From the IMG/VR virus record IMGVR_UViG_2671180349_000007: a stretch of DNA of 36,567 nt; one strand, 5' to 3'. The notes under the pieces were generated by a model. That model was not told where the DNA came from. It did no database searches and saw only the letters and a program-made list of their open reading frames with translations. The position numbers were made by a program, and so were the translations under genes. Source of the stretch: a virus. Lineage: Duplodnaviria > Heunggongvirae > Uroviricota > Caudoviricetes. Positions 31,526 to 36,567 of the stretch are shown here, in pieces. The stretch's first letter is position 1; every line of letters begins with the position of its first letter.

Positions 31526-31705
31526 AAAGAGCGGGGTTGTATTCCGCATCCAATCAATCAAGAAGGAGTATAGCACACAGGTACTGAAGAGAAAAAATGT
31601 GATTCGCGATAAATAAAATAGCCACTATTGTTATAATTAATTGCCATAATTGAGTTATGGCTTTAGTCAACTACGAAGACATTGCCATTATAGACTCCGT
31701 GACAT

Positions 31706-31731
31706 CATTGGCGGCCGAAAGGCCGCCTTTT
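31706..31731 (+). terminator. hairpin with T-run on the plus strand
   Basis: GGCGGCC-gaaa-GGCCGCC followed by TTTTTT. Confidence 0.45.
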
Positions 31732-31735
31732 TTAA

Positions 31736-32689
31736 TCATTCAGCCGCCACCGGTTTTAACAAGCCAGCATCGAGCAGTTTACGCGTCAACCACTGTTGGC
31801 CTTTCCCCGTTAATTGAGGCGTCAGCCGTATCTGATAGCCATCTTCATCATCCAGCACCACTTCTTTCACTGTGAAATATCCGGCGTTTATGTACTGCTG
31901 AAACGGTACATTTTTACGTCCGCCGGACGCAATCAGGATGCCGTTCTCCCGTAACCAGGCAAACAACGCGTTTTGCTTAAGCCCAACAACCTTTGCAAAA
32001 TTTCCAATCAGGATCCCCTTGGCCCCTGATACCCGGTCGGCAAAATCGACTTTAGGGGCGGCGGCCACCAGCTGCTGATTTAGCTGGTGGGCTTTCTGTT
32101 CCAGAAGTTGCTTTTGTTCAGCCAGCTCGGCAGCCAGGCGCAGAGCTTCGGGGAGTGTTTGGGGAATCACTGGAGAAGCAGTGCTAGCCTGCTGCAATTC
32201 CTCCAGTTTGTCGATCAGCGAACGGCGGACCGCTTTTGACTCGCGCGCGGCAACTCTCAGGGCTTGTTTGTAGGTCATGGAGATAGTTTCAGATGTTGTG
32301 TTGTTTAATTTTTGCACTACGAAAATTTCGTAGTACTCACCATCCAGTTCATCCTTAACTCTGGCAATAAAATCATTATTGCGAACTGGTTTTTCGCTAC
32401 ATAATTTCCGCGCTTCATTGACCATCTTTAACAGCGTCTGGCTGTCGATTGTGTCTCCGGTGTTGGGGATAGCATCCATGGCCGTTGCTGGTGTGGTTGC
32501 TGTCAAAGGCTTTGTAACGACAACATCTGGTTTGCTTGCTTTCATTCTGTGTGCCTCCTTGCGTGTTTCGGCTGCGACGGTTGCGTAATTCAGATGCCCC
32601 TGTTCGAGCAGGTATTCGCGAATATCAGACAGCAGGATACGGTGAACCGCGTTCTTGTCCTTTCTCCGGTAAAGTTGTTTGGTGATCAT
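31736..32689 (-). pseudogene. second ant-like antirepressor copy, mosaic, 5'-truncated by transposon insertion
   Basis: 317-aa ORF matching residues 35-351 of the 26604 ant gene except for a divergent central block; its first codon abuts the transposon IR at 32693. Confidence 0.65.
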
Positions 32690-32692
32690 GAA

Positions 32693-32730
32693 GGGCTCCG
32701 TTTGGGAAACGGAAAATATTGTACGTTAAG
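32693..32730. repeat. transposon left 38-bp terminal inverted repeat
   Basis: Perfect inverted match to 36530-36567; the tnpA stop lies inside it, as is typical for the Tn3 family. Confidence 0.8.
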
Positions 32731-35713
32731 ATTGTTTTTTGTACTGGCTAACATCAACTGCTCGCAAAGGACGATACTTCCCTTTTGCCAGCTTCTTATT
32801 GTTTCTCCATATATAGTCTCCTGTCAGATTTATGTGCTCCCAGCCCAGCGGAGACAAGTGTGACAACAGTTGATCATTGATATGTAGTCCCTTCTTTTTC
32901 AGCAGATTAATGGCGTTTTCTATATATACGGTATTCCACAAAGTGATCGCGGCAGTAAGCAGCGTAAGCCCACTGGCGCGGTAACTCTGGTTTTCAAGAC
33001 CACGATCCCTTATTTCTCCCAAACGATGCATGAAGACAGCTCTGGCAAGGGCATTCCGGGCTTCCCCTTTGTTCAGACCTGCCTGAACCCTACGACGAAG
33101 CGCCGGGTCGCGGAACCAGTCCAGCATGAACAGTGTTCGCTCAATGCGACCGATTTCTCTCAACGCCTTAGCAAGGCCATTCTGTTTCGGATAACTGGCC
33201 AATTTTTTCAGCATCAGAGAAGCGGTCACTGTTCCCTGTTTTATTGAGGTCGCCAGCCTCAGAATTTCATTCCAGTGTATTTTTATCTCTTTGAGATTCA
33301 GGGGGGTTGTGGAAATAATTGACTGTAGAGCAGGATAGTTATCAGCTTTACCTTGAATAAACAAACGTTTGTCATGCAGATCCCGGATCCTTGGAGCAAA
33401 AGCGAATCCCAGCAGATGCATTAGTGCAAAAACATGCTCCGTGAAACCTGCTGTATCGGTGTAATGTTCCGTTATTTCAAGGTCACTTTCGTGATACAGA
33501 AGACCATCAAGTACGTGGGTGGAATCACGAACACGGCTGATTACTTTGGTATAAAACGGACTATATTGATCTGAGATATGCGTATAAAACTGCACTCCCG
33601 GTTCCTGACCGTACTTCAAATTAACCTGACCTGCATATCGTCCGTGGCTGCCAACCCTAAAATTCTGACCGTCAGAAGATGAGGTGGAACCGTCTCCCCA
33701 TAACGCAGCCAGCGGTCGTGACTTTTGAGCATTAACCAGTTCTGCCAGTGCAGCAGCGTACGTTTCATCACGGATGTACCATGCTTGTATGTTTTCCAGC
33801 GAAGCCCGTGTGGTTCCCGGACAGGACTCTGCCATTTTTGCCAGCCCCAGATTGATGCCGTCTGCCAGGATAGTGGTTAGTAGTAAACGGTTATCCTGAG
33901 GACGGATTAGCGGATTCTTAAGATGAGTAAAATGTCGCGAGAAGGCAGTCCATCGCTCGACTTCATCAAGTATCTCTGTGATTTTGGGGTGCGGTAGCAT
34001 GTTGTAAATCAGGTCGGCCAGGGGAGAGACTGTTGAAGGAACGCTGTTATCCAGTGGGGTGATCTTTACACCTTTATCTGAAATATCCACATCAGGAAGA
34101 TCCCCTGCGACAGCCATTGCGTTAACTTCCTCCAGACGGGAGGCCAGTAGAGTCAGTCTGGCATTAAGATAAGCCCCACATTCTGTGCCAACAGGTAAAT
34201 TTAACAGGTTATTATTTAATAACTTTTCGAAATCATCGTTAGGCATAAGATAATCATCAAAGTTTTTGTAGCGCCGGGAGCCCCTGACCCAGATATCACC
34301 CGCCCGCAGCGCCTCCTTTAGCTCATTCATTGCGCAAATTTCATAGTATTGTCGGTCAATGCCTGAGGGAGTGATCACCATCTTTCTCCAGCTCTCAGGA
34401 ATGAAATCCAGTGGTGCCGATGCAGGAACCTTTCGTAGCTGTTTACGGTACATATCACGAATAGTTTCAAGGGCATCATTAAGCGGCAAAGCTGCCGAAG
34501 TGGCTCTCAGTTGCAGGGCCGATAGAAAACGAAAAGAATATTTGCGCAATGTACTGAATTTTTCGGTAATAAGATGAAGCGGCTCAAAATTATCCTTACG
34601 TGCAAGAAGCTTTGTTTCCTCCAGACTGGCGACAAAATCGTCCCACGGTAACACTCGTTCAATAGCAGACAGAGGATCTTCGCCTGAGTTGCGTGCATCC
34701 AGGATAGCCTGGCCAACAGAAACATACTGACGTAACTTTTGCTGTATCAACTTGCCCGTTTTCTGAAGACGCTCGGCCTGCTGATGTTTTGCCCGACTGA
34801 ACATGCTGCCCAGAATACGCTCATGCAGTTCTATAATTTCATCAATGATTGTGGCTCTGACCTCAGTCAGTACACAGACCATCGTTGCGTATCGACGAGC
34901 AGGGGAAAAATCAGCCAGATCGCGACTGCTCATTTTGCGGCCCTCACGCGCGAGTTTCAGCAATCGGTTCTGGTGAACGGTTCTCTCCACTCCTTCCGGC
35001 AGCGCCAGATCTTCAATAGCGTTAAGGCGGTCAATGTGTTGCAGGACATTCTTTCCATTGATTTTCCCCGGAGGTTGAAGCAGCCACGTCAAACGGGATA
35101 TTTGTTTTTCATTTGTCACCAACAGGGCATCAAGCGCAGATTTATGCGTGATATCAAGGTGCGCATTCAGCGTTGTATAAACTGTTTTATCACCCAGTGT
35201 CATTGCTTCAGCACAGGTACGTTCCAGAACATCAATGCCAGGAATAATAATTCGCTGTTGATGCAGGTACTTCAATAACTCCTCTGCGATAAGTATGCCT
35301 CTGTCCGTTCTGGTAGACAGAGGAAGCAGATGCCGGATACATTCTTTCTGAAGCGCACCGTTAAAGGCTTTCAGTTCAAGATATCGATAAAGTTCCTGCA
35401 TATGCTCACGTCTGGTGGTATCACGACCGGAAACGTATTCCTGCCAAAGCTCTGCTGATAATTTAAGTCTGGCACTAATGATTTTTAGCAATTTTGCGGG
35501 TGGGGATGATTTTTTATCCGGAGCAAACCCAATACTTTTCAGATAACAGAGAAGAACGGCAAAACCAAACCGGCTGGCAGGTTTACGGTGAACATTGATA
35601 ATTGCCAGATCCTGTTCACTGAAATACGTCATTCGAGTTAGTGTTAACTCATCGTCTGGTAATGCCAGTAATGATTCTTTTTCCGACTGCGAAAGAATCT
35701 GCCTCCTTGCCAT
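32726..35713 (-). CDS. tnpA: Tn3-family DDE transposase TnpA
   Basis: 995-aa protein with conserved Tn3-family blocks (HYTDTAGFTEHVFALMHLLGF, ILRLATSIKQGTVTASLMLKKL, GLNKGEARNALARAVF). Confidence 0.95.
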   Translation of the reverse strand: MARRQILSQSEKESLLALPDDELTLTRMTYFSEQDLAIINVHRKPASRFGFAVLLCYLKSIGFAPDKKSSPPAKLLKIISARLKLSAELWQEYVSGRDTTRREHMQELYRYLELKAFNGALQKECIRHLLPLSTRTDRGILIAEELLKYLHQQRIIIPGIDVLERTCAEAMTLGDKTVYTTLNAHLDITHKSALDALLVTNEKQISRLTWLLQPPGKINGKNVLQHIDRLNAIEDLALPEGVERTVHQNRLLKLAREGRKMSSRDLADFSPARRYATMVCVLTEVRATIIDEIIELHERILGSMFSRAKHQQAERLQKTGKLIQQKLRQYVSVGQAILDARNSGEDPLSAIERVLPWDDFVASLEETKLLARKDNFEPLHLITEKFSTLRKYSFRFLSALQLRATSAALPLNDALETIRDMYRKQLRKVPASAPLDFIPESWRKMVITPSGIDRQYYEICAMNELKEALRAGDIWVRGSRRYKNFDDYLMPNDDFEKLLNNNLLNLPVGTECGAYLNARLTLLASRLEEVNAMAVAGDLPDVDISDKGVKITPLDNSVPSTVSPLADLIYNMLPHPKITEILDEVERWTAFSRHFTHLKNPLIRPQDNRLLLTTILADGINLGLAKMAESCPGTTRASLENIQAWYIRDETYAAALAELVNAQKSRPLAALWGDGSTSSSDGQNFRVGSHGRYAGQVNLKYGQEPGVQFYTHISDQYSPFYTKVISRVRDSTHVLDGLLYHESDLEITEHYTDTAGFTEHVFALMHLLGFAFAPRIRDLHDKRLFIQGKADNYPALQSIISTTPLNLKEIKIHWNEILRLATSIKQGTVTASLMLKKLASYPKQNGLAKALREIGRIERTLFMLDWFRDPALRRRVQAGLNKGEARNALARAVFMHRLGEIRDRGLENQSYRASGLTLLTAAITLWNTVYIENAINLLKKKGLHINDQLLSHLSPLGWEHINLTGDYIWRNNKKLAKGKYRPLRAVDVSQYKKQS

Positions 35714-35763
35714 ATAGCCTTCCTTGTAAATTATTTAGTGCGTTATTTTTGATGAAAAAGTTA

Positions 35764-35870
35764 TTGCATAAGGGTATACCCTTATGCAATAGACAAAACG
35801 TGACGGCACTCCAATAATGACATAACCTATATGCGATAGAATAAATGCAATAATCTAAACGCGATAGCGT
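35764..35870. promoter_or_regulatory. putative res site
   Basis: Perfect 26-bp palindrome TTGCATAAGGG-TATA-CCCTTATGCAA plus downstream GCGATAG repeats between divergent tnpA and tnpR. Confidence 0.5.
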
Positions 35871-35879
35871 GGTGGAAAA

Positions 35880-36521
35880 ATGTTTATCAGAGCTTATTTA
35901 AGGGCATCGACGGAAGATCAGTTCGCCGATCGGGCAAAAGAGATGCTGGAGCAGTTCGTTCAGGAGCGGGGGCATAAAATCGCCAGCTACTACCGGGAGA
36001 ACATCAGCGGCACAAAACTAGACCGCCCGGAACTGGGACGCTTACTGATAGACAGTCATCGCAATGATATCTTGCTGGTCGAGCAGATAGACCGCCTGAC
36101 CCGTCTCAGCAACAGTGACTGGATAACGCTGAAAAAGCAGATAGAACAACACGAGTTGCGGATTGTCAGTCTTGATGTGCCCACATCATGGCAGGCTCTG
36201 TCAGATAAAGATCCTTCGCAAGCGGACCCGATCACCCGCACAGTAATAACCGCAATAAATAATATGCTTATCGACCTGATGGCTGCAATGTCGCATAAAG
36301 ACTGGCTGAGTCGTCGTCAACGACAAAAACAGGGAATTGAACGTGCCCATACTTTAGGTAAGTATCGGGGCAAACAGGCAGATCGGGAACGACATCAGAA
36401 AGTAATGTACTACCGGCAGATCAAGAAACTGAGCATCCGTGAAACGGCGGAGGTGACAGGCTATAGTACTTCCCAAGTTTGTCGCATTCAGGCGCTCTAT
36501 AAAGAGGTTAAGCCTGATTAA
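35880..36521 (+). CDS. tnpR: serine recombinase/resolvase TnpR
   Basis: N-terminal RAYLRASTEDQ catalytic-serine motif, LLVEQIDRLTRL, and a C-terminal HTH. Confidence 0.85.
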   Translation: MFIRAYLRASTEDQFADRAKEMLEQFVQERGHKIASYYRENISGTKLDRPELGRLLIDSHRNDILLVEQIDRLTRLSNSDWITLKKQIEQHELRIVSLDVPTSWQALSDKDPSQADPITRTVITAINNMLIDLMAAMSHKDWLSRRQRQKQGIERAHTLGKYRGKQADRERHQKVMYYRQIKKLSIRETAEVTGYSTSQVCRIQALYKEVKPD

Positions 36522-36529
36522 AAAATAGC

Positions 36530-36567
36530 CTTAACGTACAATATTTTCCGTTTCCCAAACGGAGCCC
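36530..36567. repeat. transposon right 38-bp terminal inverted repeat
   Basis: Reverse complement of 32693-32730. Confidence 0.8.

Larger units (their letters stand above)
32693..36567. mobile_element. minimal Tn3-family transposon (tnpA plus tnpR, Tn5403-like organisation)
   Basis: 38-bp inverted repeats GGGCTCCGTTTGGGAAACGGAAAATATTGTACGTTAAG at 32693-32730 and 36530-36567 bracket divergent tnpA and tnpR with a res-like intergenic region; the right IR ends at the last base of the window. Confidence 0.8.

Noticed and set aside
31657-31875. 72-aa plus-strand ORF overlapping the 3' end of the truncated ant
   Set aside because: It overlaps a conserved coding region on the other strand and has no RBS; the interval is better explained by terminators and a possible small RNA.

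Overview
This window is a segment of a P1-like plasmid-prophage, in canonical P1 orientation. Recognisable landmarks are a TerB-like tciA with two tiny membrane ORFs, a phage tRNA-Ile2 (CAU), ban (DnaB-type helicase), a minus-strand structural/baseplate operon, the phd-doc toxin-antitoxin pair, lpa, pacA-pacB with the internal pac site, c1 and coi, loxP, cre and a cra-like ORF. Multiple matches to the C1 operator consensus (ATTGCTCTAATAAATTT) sit at operon boundaries. The part that departs from what I recall of P1 is accessory: (1) an ImmI-type c4-like RNA/icd/ant module lying directly next to c1, with a second, mosaic ant copy in inverted orientation beyond cra that is 5'-truncated by a minimal Tn3-family transposon (tnpA plus tnpR, 38-bp IRs) whose right IR is the last base of the window; (2) two extra ORFs (73 and 131 aa) between loxP and cre; (3) an operon of a VRR-NUC nuclease, two overlapping GT42/MAF-like paralogues, a lambda-type Ser/Thr phosphatase and a DxD protein; (4) a long block of lambdoid-style morons and a low-GC membrane gene immediately upstream of phd-doc. 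No CRISPR array or rRNA was seen. All calls come from reading the sequence and ORF translations by eye; no searches were run, and gene names are given only where the protein or site is one I recognise.
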